Shown: positions 37,076 through 50,830 of the stretch, in pieces
How positions within the stretch are numbered: the first letter of the stretch is position 1
Layout of the letters: each line of letters starts with the position of its first letter
Source: Negaprion brevirostris
Lineage: Eukaryota
NCBI GenBank assembly: GCA_030324005.1
Contig: JARDVH010000073.1
Location: 106,789,231-106,853,230 of the forward strand
DNA: 64,000 nt
Direction of reading: 5' to 3'
Translations under genes and position numbers: made by a program
Notes under the pieces: model-generated
The model's input: the letters and a program-made list of their open reading frames with translations, nothing else
Databases searched by the model: none
What the model was told of the DNA's origin: nothing

Positions 37076-39124
37076 CTGGAAGCAGAATTGTCTTCTATTA
37101 AAATACTATTGTCGAATAAACTGAAGTGATTTTTGTAAAGAAACATTTAATATCATCCACGCATGTTCCTCTTGGTGCATGAGTTTGTGATAAGAATATC
37201 ACACTTAAAATGGAGCAATAGGGGAGAGTTTCTGGGGCCAGTATCTTGACACTTGGCTGTATTTTCAGATATGGAAATGGAAACCTGTCAGATGGCTAAC
37301 TGAGATATCACTAATGTGAATACTAGATGTAAAACAGGAGTGACTCATCACAAACTCTGCTCGCTAGCCAATCAATCCAATACCTGGAGGCTGAACCAGA
37401 TCTTTTGCCACCAGTGCTGATTTTTGACCACAAGACAGGCCTCTGACTAAATCTGCTTCATTAGCATGATNNNNNNNNNNNNNNNNNNNNNNNNNNNNNN
37501 NNNNNNNNNNNNNNNNNNNNNNNNNNNNNNNNNNNNNNNNNNNNNNNNNNNNNNNNNNNNNNNNNNNNNNNNNNNNNNNNNNNNNNNNNNNNNNNNNNNN
37601 NNNNNNNNNNNNNNNNNNNNNNNNNNNNNNNNNNNNNNNNNNNNNNNNNNNNNNNNNNNNNNNNNNNNNNNNNNNNNNNNNNNNNNNNNNNNNNNNNNNN
37701 NNNNNNNNNNNNNNNNNNNNNNNNNNNNNNNNNNNNNNNNNNNNNNNNNNNNNNNNNNNNNNNNNNNNNNNNNNNNNNNNNNNNNNNNNNNNNNNNNNNN
37801 NNNNNNNNNNNNNNNNNNNNNNNNNNNNNNNNNNNNNNNNNNNNNNNNNNNNNNNNNNNNNNNNNNNNNNNNNNNNNNNNNNNNNNNNNNNNNNNNNNNN
37901 NNNNNNNNNNNNNNNNNNNNNNNNNNNNNNNNNNNNNNNNNNNNNNNNNNNNNNNNNNNNNNNNNNNNNNNNNNNNNNNNNNNNNNNNNNNNNNNNNNNN
38001 NNNNNNNNNNNNNNNNNNNNNNNNNNNNNNNNNNNNNNNNNNNNNNNNNNNNNNNNNNNNNNNNNNNNNNNNNNNNNNNNNNNNNNNNNNNNNNNNNNNN
38101 NNNNNNNNNNNNNNNNNNNNNNNNNNNNNNNNNNNNNNNNNNNNNNNNNNNNNNNNNNNNNNNNNNNNNNNNNNNNNNNNNNNNNNNNNNNNNNNNNNNN
38201 NNNNNNNNNNNNNNNNNNNNNNNNNNNNNNNNNNNNNNNNNNNNNNNNNNNNNNNNNNNNNNNNNNNNNNNNNNNNNNNNNNNNNNNNNNNNNNNNNNNN
38301 NNNNNNNNNNNNNNNNNNNNNNNNNNNNNNNNNNNNNNNNNNNNNNNNNNNNNNNNNNNNNNNNNNNNNNNNNNNNNNCTGCGCACAGTACTCCAGCTGC
38401 GGCCTCACCAGTGCCCTGTTTAAAAAAAAGGTATACATTTTGAAAAGGGATTTGAAATTTTAAACCAGCCCTCAAAGAGGATATACTCAATACCAGAGCC
38501 AGGGGAAGAACTTCAATAGGGTTTGGTAATCCAACTGTTTTGCAAATCAAGCCTGATGTTAACAATCTTAAAATGGTGGTGACAATCTGTTCACTGAACT
38601 GTTGTGTTTGTGAACGTGCACTCCAGTTTGTTAAACCTTTTTCCTCAAGGATAAACACTCCTATTTCACCAGAAATTATGTATGAGGACACTCACAAAGG
38701 GAAAGGAATACACAAGTCTCTATGTATTGACTTCTGCACACACTTCATGCTTGCTTCATGCCAAGCATCCTAATTCCATTCAAATGCTCATTTCAACACA
38801 TTTTTAGGTTGAAGATTAAACATTTAGATGTGGCTGCACCATCCCAGTTTTCTGCACATTTCAATGCTCACTGATAACGACACATAGTTGAGGTACATGT
38901 ATGATGAAAAACAGTTTTACTAAAAATGCCAACCACCAGCTAAACAACAGCAAGTTCTTCAGTTAGCATTCCATGTCACAAAAATTCAGAGCAATGAGCC
39001 CACTGTTTGACAGACTTGCTCTGCTTTTCAGTGCTGTAGAGTGTAGTCTGGCAGATGTAAATGTATCATTCCATTTTAGCACCCAAAGAATAGGAACAAG
39101 GGAGATAATAAACAGCAGACTACT

Positions 39125-39260
39125 TAAATAAAAGCAAAATACTGTGGATGTTATAGTCTCAAACAAAAAGCAGAAAATGCTGGAAAACAACTCAGCAGCA
39201 TCTGGGGAGGAGAAGGAAAAGAGTTAACGTTTCAAATCCATACGACTTCTTCAGAAGTGA
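39125..39260 (-). mobile_element. Penelope-like terminal repeat fragment with degenerate hammerhead core
   Basis: aaagcaaaatactgtggatg..aaatgctggaaa..ctcagcagcatctg shared with 63776-63901; minus strand CTGAAGA-agtcgtatggattt-GAAACGTTAAC. Confidence 0.6.
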
Positions 39261-39429
39261 CTTTTCTTGTTTTGTTAATTTGCCCTTCAGCATCCAGGTC
39301 ACAAGAAATGCAACAGAACTATAATCTGATAGAGTCATGGACTGACTGACACTTGGCTCCCGTTGAACAGCAACGTGGTTGACTCTACCTCACTTAATTA
39401 GGGATGGACGATAAATAGTGGTCCAATGA

Positions 39430-39745
39430 AGGGCTAAAAGAGGACATGAGAAGACTTTGGCTGATAGGATTAAGGAGAATCCTAAGGTGTTCTATAGGTA
39501 TGTTAAGAACAGAAGGTTGGTTAGGGCAAGATTAGGGCCAGTTACAGACAGCGGAGGGAAGTTGTNNNNNNNNNNNNNNNNNNNNNNNNNNNNNNNNNNN
39601 NNNNNNNNNNNNNNNNNNNNNNNNNNNNNNNNNNNNNNNNNNNNNNNNNNNNNNNNNNNNNNNNNGGTTAGAGGGTCATTGTTTTTTTAACTGGTTGGCG
39701 CAACATCGTGGGCCGAAGGGCCTGTTCTGCGCTGTAATGTTCTAA
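39430..39745 (+). mobile_element. CR1 LINE fragment (partly N)
   Basis: ADRIKENPKVFYRYVKNRR; gggccgaagggcctgttctgcgctgtaatgttcta tail. Confidence 0.88.
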
Positions 39746-40834
39746 TGAATAATGCTCATACCACAGCTGCAATTTTAACACTGACTAAAAACAAACAGCA
39801 TCAATCCATCATGGTTGTCATTATTTTCTCTCATGTTGCAAGTACGTTAGACAATACTGTTCCAACTAATGTGTTAAATATCACAGTTTTACTAAGAATG
39901 GATTCCTAATCACTGGCTTTTCTCTGGTATTGAGATCTCAAATTCATCCAACAACGAGTGGGTCTTATGGAACCAACAATTGGATGAATCTAATATAAAA
40001 ATGCTTTTGACAGAAAATTAAAGTTAACAATGAACTAGTAAACTTCTCATTTCATTGTGGGCACATTCATTTTCCATCTGCATAATTTCACAATTACTTA
40101 TCTACAGGCTTCACGTTTATTCAACTCAACCAGATCCTTTGCAAAGCAACCACCCTGACACTGGGTGATGCGTCCTCACAGAACCAGTAGAATTTAAATA
40201 TACATGACAAACACCACAGCACTGAGCAAAACCCTGTGGTGTTCCTTTAATTATTAATCCAAGAAGCAACTTCTCATTTTTCATTACAATTTCTAGAAGC
40301 GTTGATAACATTGGCAGCAAGATGCTGCCCTGTGAATACCATGATCCAACCTTGATTTTTGAGTTCCAAAGAATCCCTACAATGCAGGAGGTTGTTATTT
40401 GGCCCATTCAAGTCTGCACCAACTCTTTGGAAGAGCATCTTCCCCAGGCCACCAACCTTCCCAATTAAGGCCATTACAAGTGGCCTAATTTCACAATTAT
40501 CTTGTGACTAGCAATCCCTTCAAAATGTGCCAATCTGCCAAGATAGGGGCCAAGTCTTGACAATTGAGTACTAAGAGGTGATTGGCTTACCCAATCAATT
40601 CTAGATCAATAAGTCAGGATTTCTAGTTTTAATTCTGTTTGTGATGTTTCTGTGCACAAATGAGCTGTTGCATTTGTCTAAAACACAATGCAGGAAGTCA
40701 CTAGCTGCCAGTGAAGCTTTTAAGGAGTCACTGAGCACACTAAATGCAATCTCCTTTCCTCAGTTAGGAAAATAGAACAATGCAATAGTATCTGTGATGG
40801 CTGGCATTGCACTTTCCAAAGGCTTTTGTTTCCT

Positions 40835-41122
40835 TAAGTTTAATTATTAGTATCACAAATAGGCTTACAGTAACACTAATGAAGTTACTGTGAAAATGCA
40901 AGTCGCCACACTCCGGGACCCGTTCAGGTACACTGAGGGAGACATCAATGCACCTAACTAGCACATCTATCGGACTGCGGGAGGAAACCGGAGCACCCAA
41001 AGGAAACCTATGCAGACACAGACACAGACACAACGTGCAGACTCTACAGACACTGACCCAAGCCGGGAATTTAAACCTCGGTCTCTGGCACTGCGAGGCA
41101 GCAGTGCAACCACTGTGCCAGA
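40835..41122 (-). mobile_element. Tail-B V-SINE
   Basis: Reverse head (gcactgcgaggcagcagtgc), core ggaggaaaccggagcaccc, tail gtcgccacactccgg..aatgaagttactgtgaaa. Confidence 0.88.
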
Positions 41123-41879
41123 CAGTTCTAACAGGAATTAATATTTTGGGATGCAGGTGAGTAAGTTTAAAAGGTAACATGATAAACGTCTATTAGAGGG
41201 GGATAAACGACACTAGTTTATGGTTCCCAAGGCCCTCCACCATGGATGAATTTTGCTTAGCTCTTCTCTGGGCAAGCTACAGAATAATAAAAGAAGATCG
41301 ATTGCCACTATTAGTCAACAAACCAGTCACTGTTGTATCACGTGATAGAAAGAAGTCTCAACATCAGCTTAATACCAGGACAGTCACATATGAACCATAA
41401 GAACTTAAGTCTTTATTTTTCTTTCATAATTGTGAGGTTCCCACACCTCAAAATGGTCCATACTGCACCTATAGATTAATGGATTGAATAGTGTAGGCTA
41501 TAAACAACCAACTAGTCAAGAGTCTTTGTATAAAAAAGGTGCATCCTCATTGTTTAATTTAAAAAAATAGCAGAAGTCTTATTTTGTCATAATATTTAGC
41601 AATCATTGCACAATGCCCAAACTTTCTACAACCATCCAATAAACCATTTGTTTTGTTAACAGTCTATTATCTTATGTAAGCTGGCATCAAATCAACTTTG
41701 CATTGCTGAATCTCTCAGGAAAGGCTATTGGAATACCTGATGTGACATTCTATTTCTGACCGTGATTGCCAATTACTGCATCAAGAGCTATTTTTAAGCT
41801 TCTGGGCAGGGCAAAACTTAGGTGTTGCTTTCCCAGAACTGAAGGGGAAGTAAAATTTTTCAAACTTGTAACAAAACGA

Positions 41880-42310
41880 GTCACAGAATCATACAGAAGA
41901 GGCCCTTTGGCCCATCGAGTCTGCACTGACACACAACTACCTAACCCATCTACTTATAATCCCATTTATTCGCACTTGGCCCACAGCCTTGAAAGTTATG
42001 ACATGCCAAGAACCATCCAGATAGGCAACCCAGCTCCATCACCCTGCCAGGTAGCACATTCCAGACTGTCACCACTGTCTGGGTAAAAAAAATTCTCAAG
42101 TGCCTTTAAACTTCCTGCCCCTCACCTTGAATTTTTGTGCCCTCTTGTGACTGACAAGGAAACAGCTGCTCCTTGTCTTGTACACCTCGATCAGGTCACC
42201 CCCCCCTCTCCTTGTTTTCCTTGCTCTAAGGAAAACAACCCAAGCCTATGTAACCTCTCTTCATAACTTAAATGCTCCATCCCAGGCAGCATTCTGCACC
42301 CCCTCCAGTC
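41880..42310 (-). mobile_element. CR1 LINE 3' fragment
   Basis: cagaatcatacagaagaggccctttggcccatcgagtctgcac tail; ctaaggaaaacaacccaagccta. Confidence 0.8.
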
Positions 42311-42794
42311 AGTTGATCAAAAATGCAATTATGATTTCAAACACTAATTAGTCAAATTAAATCTGATTAGGCAAGCACTTTTGTCCTCAGCCATGACCAA
42401 GTTCCCCATCACTTGCTGACCCACTCTGATCTGTCTGTAGCCTCCTACACGGTTCCAATGTAACGCAATGAACAGCACCCATCTTTCCATTGGGCATTTC
42501 ACAGCTCAGGCATTTCATATTTAATTTAACTTCAGACATTAGCTACACCTCATTTTCTCTCTGGCAGTAGATGATCACATATGGGATGAATGCTTCGACA
42601 TTTCTAAATGGGTGCCAAGAGGGTGGTGATGATATGTAGAGGGATAAAAGGTGGTCTTTCACTGGAACTTTTTTAGTGGGATAACCTGCACACTGGTGGA
42701 AATCTCCCGTTTTTCCTTCCAGTAGACTCGATCTCTGGAGCCTACTCTACCTTGTCAATTTGTCATGCATTCCTTCCTCTGATAGAGGAAACAT

Positions 42795-43490
42795 GCATCT
42801 ACCTGCACAGACTAACTCACTTCCTGTTTCCCCAAAGCCTGTCCAACATCTACAAGGCACAAGGAGTGTGATGGAATACTCTCCACTTGCTCCAACCACA
42901 CCCAACAGCCTGACACCATCCAGGTTGGAGCAGCTGACCACATCCACCACCGATGAACAGTGGTATTATAATGTGCCTTTTACAAGATGCACAGCAGCAA
43001 GGATCCTTTGGCAGCACCTTCCAAACCCATTACAACCTAGAAAGCCAAGGACAGCAAACAGCTGGGAGCACCAGCATGCTTTGACTTGGTTTTGGATTTT
43101 GCAACTGCGCACCGTCTTGACTGACGGCATTCAGTCTGTATTCAACAAGACATTTAATTGAACACCAAAAATAGTTGAACAGCTGGGTGTAAGTGTTCCA
43201 ATCCTACAACAACCACCACATGGAAGAACAGGGGTACCAGAAACTTGGGGAATACCGTTGCTTGTAAGTTACCCCCATGCAAGTCTCAACTTCCTAACCT
43301 GGAACTGTAATCATTTATTTTGTTGCTGGGTCACGTTCCTAGAAATTTCTTACAAAAAGCACTGTGGGTATACTTATGAACTGTAGCAGTCCAAAGGTGA
43401 TGACTCAACAGCACCACCGTCACAACAGCTATTAGGAGGAAGGCAATAAACTTTGGCCTTGCCAGCAACACATCCCAGCAAATAAAAATG
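42795..43490 (+). mobile_element. Decayed LINE 3' fragments (partner of family A SINE)
   Basis: catctacaaggcacaaggagtgtgatggaatactctccacttgc (..RSVMEYSPLA); tail ggcaataaactttggccttgccagc. Confidence 0.7.
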
Positions 43491-43662
43491 TTCCTACCAA
43501 GGACCTTAGACCTGGAACATCAGTTTCTTTATTCTACAGCCCAAACCAAATAGTACCAGCCTTCACTGTTATAGCTTTCAGGAAATTCCCTTGCATGTTG
43601 TCAGTACTTAATACCACTCAGTACTGAAATACCGATGACTTTGAAAACATGGGAGACATATT

Positions 43663-43887
43663 GGCCAGAATTTTACCAACCCACCCATCANNNNNNNNNN
43701 NNNNNNNNNNNNNNNNNNNNNNNNNNNNNNNNNNNNNNNNNNNNNNNNNNNNNNNNNNNNNNNNNNNNNNNNNNNNNNNNNNNNNNNNNNTTGGAATGGG
43801 TGAGGGATGGACAACGGAAAGGTCCATTGGTCTTTGGGGTGGGGGCAGATTTTGATTTGAGGTGAATGAAGCCGTAAAATCCTGCCC
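43663..43887. mobile_element. MITE (partly N)
   Basis: TIRs ggccagaattttac / gtaaaatcctgccc. Confidence 0.7.
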
Positions 43888-46429
43888 ATATAGTGTGTGT
43901 TTAGGTTCGACACAGCTGCATTAAATGCATTTACATTTTTACAACAGTGGTGAGATCAACATCATTTAGATTGAATGTGAAAGGTATAGCTGCTTTATCA
44001 AATTAGATTTTACTCTGGAAAACCAAAAAGGATAGGAATACTTTAAAGAAATGAAGTAATATTACAGTAAAGTCACTTCCCATTATCCTTAAATGTTTAA
44101 ATCTTACTACATTTACACAAGCTACAGATTTTAAATTGATGTTATGGAGAATCAGTTTGGTTCTCAAAGAATAAAATGGCAGTGCATGCACGTGGAGCTT
44201 CAAGCTCAAGGGAAAACTCTAAATATTTTTCAACTATCAACATACACAATCCAACTTTAACCTTCCTGCTCTTGCAACTGACTAGCCACATAACCCTCGA
44301 GACCAGAAACACTTTAGCCTGCATGTATCTCTTATTTGGGGGTTGGTAGAATATTGATCACTTTACTATTCTATAGTCCAAAGGCCAGAGCTATTAAATC
44401 AAAGAACAATCAAAATCCCACCATGGTAGTCTGAGAATTTGAGTTCATGCTAAAACCAATTAAGATGTAAAGAAGTGTCCAAAAAGCTGTTTGATTACTG
44501 TAGAAACTTACCTACTTAAATCAAATGCCCTTCAGGAAGGAAACCCTATTGTATTTATCTGGTCTGACCATGTGACAGCCACAACAACACGGTATGACTT
44601 CCATCTAGTCTCTGAAGTGGCCCAGCAAGCTACTCAGTAAAAACAAGATGCATGGTTCAAGAAAAAAGGTCCTTCACTACATTCTCATGGCAACCAGGGG
44701 AGGAGAAATACTAGGTTCACCAGAGACTCGTACCTCCAAAAAAAAAGTAGAGACAAAAACTTGTATGAAAACGACCCTTCAATATCAACCGATTCCCTTA
44801 ATGCTGTACCTACTCCACTTACGTACAGTGGAAGGAATGACAGTAGATGGTTTCACCTGTGTAGTTGCTGTAAAATCAGTTTTGTTGCTATGCTGGTTTC
44901 CCTTGATGTCACAGGAAGTTGTATACATGGCAGCAATGCAAACAATAACATGCCTGTCTCCAGATGGAGCCAACTTCAAAATCATTACCAGCCACTTATA
45001 ACTTGCACAAAAAAAAGAGTAATGAGGTTCTTAGTAATGGAGTCTTGGAGCTTTTGTGGCACTGACTCCTGTACATTTAGTATATAGGTCAGAGGCAGCC
45101 TAGTAAAAAGTAGTGAGGAATGTGAAGATTGTAGCGGGTAAATATGCACACAGCAGTTTGGAATCTCCAGAATGCAAGTATCTAAATCTCTAGTTGAAAA
45201 AATATTTAGAAAATCACAGGGCGAGAGAGTTGGGTCAAATATCTTATTGCTGAGGAAAAATGAATTATATTTTGTAGTCTGTAGAGGAGAGAAAGAACCA
45301 CTCCTCACAAGTAGCATCTGATCCCAGTGGAGAGCATTGAGCTCACTAATCCACATGGGAAACATGAGAGAGAGGGAACAATTGAACAGGAAGCATCAAA
45401 GAGGTGAAAAAAATGATCATTTTTGACAAGTGTAGTAGTTCATTTTGACATTGCCTCAATTAATTGTTTTCTAGAAACGTCTCAAGTTGGCAGTTCCTGA
45501 ACATGATCATGAAATCGCTCTACATAAGCAGATACTTTTGCGTGATAAGTAACACTCAGGATGTGCACAAACACAATGGTTTCCCCCAATTAGCAAAGCT
45601 CCTCGAGGTACAGTATCTAAAGGGAAAAGATTTTTTTTCAAAATGGGAATCCTGCAGCAAATGACAGTTCAACCAGGTTATCAGACACACTCCACAGAGA
45701 AGGAGCAAGATAGCTCTACATCTTTCAAATGTTTGGACACAGATGTTCTGCAAACATATGCCAAATAGTTGGACAAGTGCACAAGGGAGCAGGGAAGGAG
45801 TCCACTGAGTAATAAAAAGGCTAGCCTAGACAAGCAAAACAAGCATAACAAGAATGTCTGCACAAAATATTTTTCTGCTGGAGCATCTGGTTGCATATAC
45901 AACAGCCCATTTTTTTCATTGTTGTTCAGTGGTGGTTCATTTCTGACCATTTCCACAGATGCTTGGAGATCTCAGCTGTCCAGAAACAATAATACTCTTT
46001 CAGATTTCTTGTACATCTCAAAAAAAATAAGATGCACTTTTATTCCCTTCAGTATGTTGGCTGTGAATGATAATTGGTACAATCATACATTGTTAATTCA
46101 ATGGAATGTGCCCTCCCCCCAAAAAGGAAGTCAATTAAGTTAAATGCTTTGGAAATTACTTTTCACATTCTACACAAAATTAAATGTTTATTTCTTGCCA
46201 TATAAGTGAACCTACTTAACTGAGAGACAAAGAGCTTGTAGAATGTGTGATATCAAAAGGAAGCTATGCCACAAATGGAAAGTGCAATGAATTGAACTAG
46301 CATTGGATGGATAAATTCTACCTGCAATAAAGTGTTATTCCCCCTCCTGACATGACAGCAACAAGCACTAAAAGGGAAATTCTGCACTGTCTGGATCAGC
46401 CTGATGTAAATATCAAAGAATCTCAACTG

Positions 46430-47445
46430 TTACAGAATAGGATGCCATTTGGCCCATTGTGTCTGCACCAGTTCTCAGGATGAGCAACTCACTCCATGCC
46501 ATTCTCCTGCAGACTGCTTCTTTTCAAATAATTATCTAATGCCCTTGAGTGCCTTGATTGAACCTGCACTCACCACACGCTCAGGCAGTGCATTCCAGAC
46601 CCTAACAACTCAAAGTTTTGTTTTTGCTTCTTTTGTCAATTACTTCAAATTTGTGCCTTCACTTTCCTGATCCTTTCATGAATGGAAACAGTTTCTGCTA
46701 ATCTACTCCATCCAGACCCCTCATGATTTGAATGCCTCCACCAAATCTCCTCTCGGCCTTAATTTCTAAGGAGATTGGTCCCAACCTCGTCAATCCACCT
46801 TAACTAAAGTTTCTCACCCTGGAACCACTCAAATCTCTTCTGCACTCTTTCCAATGCCTTCACATCCTTCCTAAAAGGTGGCACCTAGAACTGTATACAA
46901 TACTCCAGCTGAGGTCTAACTAGTGCCTTATACAAGTTCAATATAACCTCCTTGCTCTGATAATCTATGTCCCTTTAATAAATGAGAATACTGGATGCTT
47001 TATTAAATCACTCTCAATGGTCCTGCCACTCAATGATTTATGCACCAATATATCCCAGTCCATTTACTCCTGCACCCACTTTAGGTAATACCCTTTAATT
47101 TTATACTGTCTTTCCATGTTTTTCCTATCAAATATACCACTCTGCATTTTTCCATATGGATCCTCATCTGCCACTTATCTGCCCACTTCAACTTGTCCAC
47201 ATCCTTTTGAAATTTTACACTGGCCTCCTCATAGCTTTCAATGCTCCCATGTTTTGTATCAACTGCATATATTTTGGTGCTCTGGTTTCCTCCCACAGTC
47301 TAAAGATGTGCAGGTTAGGTTGATTGGCCATTAGTGGTTCAGGGGATTAGTGAGATAAATACATGGGGTTGTGTGGCAAGCTTGGGTAAGAGTCAATGCA
47401 GACTTGATGGATTGAATGGCCTCCTTCAGCACTGTAGGGATTCTC
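46430..47445. mobile_element. Minus-strand CR1 3' region followed by a partial + strand HE1 SINE (47272-47445)
   Basis: FQKDVDKLKWADKWQM in ORF 47081..47296; tacaatactccagctgaggtctaac (reverse of VRPQLEYC). Confidence 0.82.
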
Positions 47446-47759
47446 CATTTCTGAGAGGTCAGCATCATGCAAGACCATACCAAAAATTCCCCAATCTTAC
47501 TATAACACAAGATCAGGATTAGCAATTGGAATATTATAGTAACTACTGGGAAAAGATTGACATTCAAAAACATCCTGCAACTTTTCACTATTCCATACTC
47601 CTTATTCTCTCCTAGCTTGGTACGACATCGATTGTTCTGACAAGTCTAACCATTCAAACAGTTCAGAAAGAGTAAATAAGGAGAAAATATTCCGATCAGA
47701 AAAAGAGTCAGGAGGACGAGGAAATTTGAAAACAAACTTTTTACGAGCTAGAACATATG

Positions 47760-47885
47760 GGGTGGAATTTTCTCATCCCACCTGCCACAGGAATCATAGC
47801 AGGCAGGACATAAACCATGCAAAGATCCGTTGGCCTTGGGTGGGATTTTCTGGCACCAGGGTGCGCACAGCTGGAAAAATCACCC
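47760..47885. mobile_element. MITE inside an old CR1 remnant
   Basis: atg|gggtggaattttctc ... ggaaaaatcaccc|acg. Confidence 0.7.
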
Positions 47886-49914
47886 ACGGTCTTTCAGTGC
47901 AGTGGCAGTAGATCCATTTGTAACCTTCAGAAGGAAATTAGACCAAACACTTGTAGGTATAACAGTCAAGGCTGTAAGGAAAGAGCAGGGGAGTGGGGTG
48001 AATTGTCTGCATGCCCTCCTAGCATACTCTATGTATATGGGCATTCACTGTCCATTTTAGTGCTGCTGGGACCAACATTTTAACTTGAATAGTTGCAAAA
48101 CTGTGACAGAAAACATTATAGTTTGGTGCAATCATGTTAAATGTATGGCCAGGCTTGGTGGGCTGAAGGGCCTGTTCCTGTGCTGTATTGTTCTTTTTTT
48201 TTGGAGCATGAACTCAAGTGCTCTTTTACTTGGAACCATTTCAACCTTGTAGATTGGACAGCAAAATAAGAATAATTCCAATAGAAATAATGGAACAAGA
48301 GCAGTGACTGTAGTGATATTAATGAAAAAACACATACGTTTATTTAACATTGACTATCTATTCACGAAGGCCCTGCATTCTCAACCTTGCCCCTTGCCGG
48401 AGGTGTAGTGATCCTCAGGTTAAAATCATCACCAGTCAGCTGTCCCACCTCAAAAGGGGAGAGCAGCCTCTGGTCTTCTGGGACTATGCGACTTTTTAAT
48501 TTAATTTTTAATTATTCAGTAACCAAGGAAATAAAGACATTCTGCTTTTTGTCTTCTTATACCAACATACTCTTAGAAATATACATGCACACATGTACAC
48601 TTGTAAGAGTATGTTTGTTAATAAATGAGTGTATGAGATTTACATTGTGCCAAATGATTGACTTAGTTTTTAAATGTAATTAGCCATATTTGTTTTCCTA
48701 ATTAGCTCATGTATTAGCCAACACTTGCTTAAAATGGAAGGTTTTCATCCAAGCTGATTCTGGGGTCTAAGAGCAACTGTTTAATGGGCTTCTGAATGGG
48801 CAGGGGAAAATTGAGTCTATACTCATCTAGTGTGCAGTAGTCATTACATCATTGGTTATTATGCAGTGATTGCCCATTCAATGACCAGTCTAATAGTGAT
48901 GCAAATATACTTCATTGTTTCAGCAAGTGGTATCTGGATAAAATCTCGATTTAGCCTCGAACTGTACAGAACTAAACCAAAAAATTTCAGATCTCACCCC
49001 TCGTATTTGCACCAAGTGTTCCATTGAGGCACGACTGTTGCAAAAAGATATTACATTGTGGCTTAGCACACAAACATGTATAAGCCATGTTTGTTTTGAT
49101 TACAACACTTAACCAACCACACTTCAAATAAAAAACGCTTCACTGGTTTGGGGTTCTCCCAAGATGTATGAAAGACAATGTACAAAATTTAACTTTATGT
49201 CCTACAAATTAACTTTCCAAATACATGATCCAATTTGATTATACATACACAGCATCTTTTGAGATGGGAGGATAGACTAAATACAATTGCTTCCTCAGTT
49301 TAGACATGGATTTTGCTGTGGTTGGGCTGAGTTAGTAGAGATGGGGGTTGCTGGTGGCAGGAATAAGAGGTGAAGGGTTATTAGTCAGGACTAAATACTG
49401 GCAACATGGAGATGGCTAAATATCCTGGAAAAGTTTTTGGTTACCTTTGGGAATCAGGGAATATTTACATGAAAATAGTTTCCCTCAGGAGAATTAGTAG
49501 GCTGTTTTTGAGTCCTGGATAGGATTGATTGTGCTGGCCCTTGGAAGCAATGAGTTTTATTTTCTTTGCCATGAAGTAATTTTATATATATCTAACAGAT
49601 ATTGCCATCCAATTCAATTGGTATTCTGAAAAGTAACATGGGGTCTTGGTACTGCTGAGTGGGGTGACTGCAGGTCAAAAACAGTGAAAAATTATTGGTT
49701 GCATGACTTATGGTGCACAGAATTACTTGGGCATAATGGCATAGAAAATACCGTTTTGTTTTTGGAACATAAAAATCAGAGTTACATATTCTACATCAAA
49801 AGTTGTCTACCGAGTGCTTTGCAATTCAAATCTTAACAATCACTGGAATGGCCAGTGCCCAGTTGGACGTTTTCTTGCATGCTCCTCTGCATCGAGTAAC
49901 TCAGCTCCCAACTC

Positions 49915-50830
49915 CCCCATGCCTATCTACAAGGTACATGCCAGCAATTTGATGGAATACTACTCTTTACTTGCTTGGATGAGCCCTTGGAAATTCCTGG
50001 AAATGAGGGAATTATCCTTCGAGGAAAGGCTTGACAGGTTGGGCCTATATCCGTTGGGAGTTTAGAAGATTGTGTCTCAATCTTACTGAGATGTACAAGA
50101 TCACGAGGAGACTTGACAGGTGTGCTCACTGAAAGGATGTTTCCTCTTGTGGGAGAGAGACTAGAACTAGGGAACAAATTTCAAAATAAAAGATCTCCCT
50201 TTTAAGGCAGCGATGAGAAATGTTTTCCCTGAGGGTTGAGAGTCTGTGGAACTCTTTCCATGAGAATTGTGGAGGCAGGGTCATTGAATGCTTAAGGCTT
50301 TTTTAGTCAGATTGTTGATTGACAAGGGAATAAAAGGGGAGGAGTTTAGGCCACTTCAGATCCACCATGAATTTATTGAACAGCAGGGTGCTCAAGAGAT
50401 TAAATGGCCCACACCTGCTCTCGAGTTGTATGTTCGTAGAGTGCGGCTCCAACAAAAATTGACACCATGCAGAATAAAAACAAGCTGCTTGATTGGCACC
50501 ATAACCCCCTCCACTACTGGCATTTGTGCATACCATAAACAAGGTTCTTTCAATCAAGAAACCCTCCAAAACTGCAACCTTGACCCCTCAAAAACAAGGC
50601 CAGCAAAAATATTGGAACACCATCAGCTGCAATTTCCCCTCAAAGCCACACACTATCCTGACTTGGGAACTTCTAACTATATCACTGTTCCTTCGCATCA
50701 TTGGATCAACATCCTGGAACTCCCTTGCTAACAATATCACGGAGTGTACCAGCTCCAGATGTGCTGCAATGGTTCAAGGCAGCTCATTGTTACTTCAAGG
50801 GCAATTAGGGCTGGGCAACAAACATTAGAA
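49915..50830 (+). mobile_element. Family-A-partner LINE 3' end interrupted by a CR1 3' fragment (~49984-50438)
   Basis: IYKVHASNLMEYYSLLAWMS is cut by ..LSFEERLDRLGLYPL..tatgttcgta, then resumes gagtgcggctccaaca..gacaccat; ends tcaagggcaattagggctgggcaacaaac. Confidence 0.8.

Noticed and set aside
37364-38691. Long ORFs of 325-414 aa in the track (also 11753-12479, 35774-36441, 53918-54652)
   Set aside because: They are read-through of N runs; the real flanks are CR1 fragments or microsatellite.
48361-48500. Short segment that looks like the 3' end of an interspersed repeat
   Set aside because: Only one clear copy in the window and no family I can assign.
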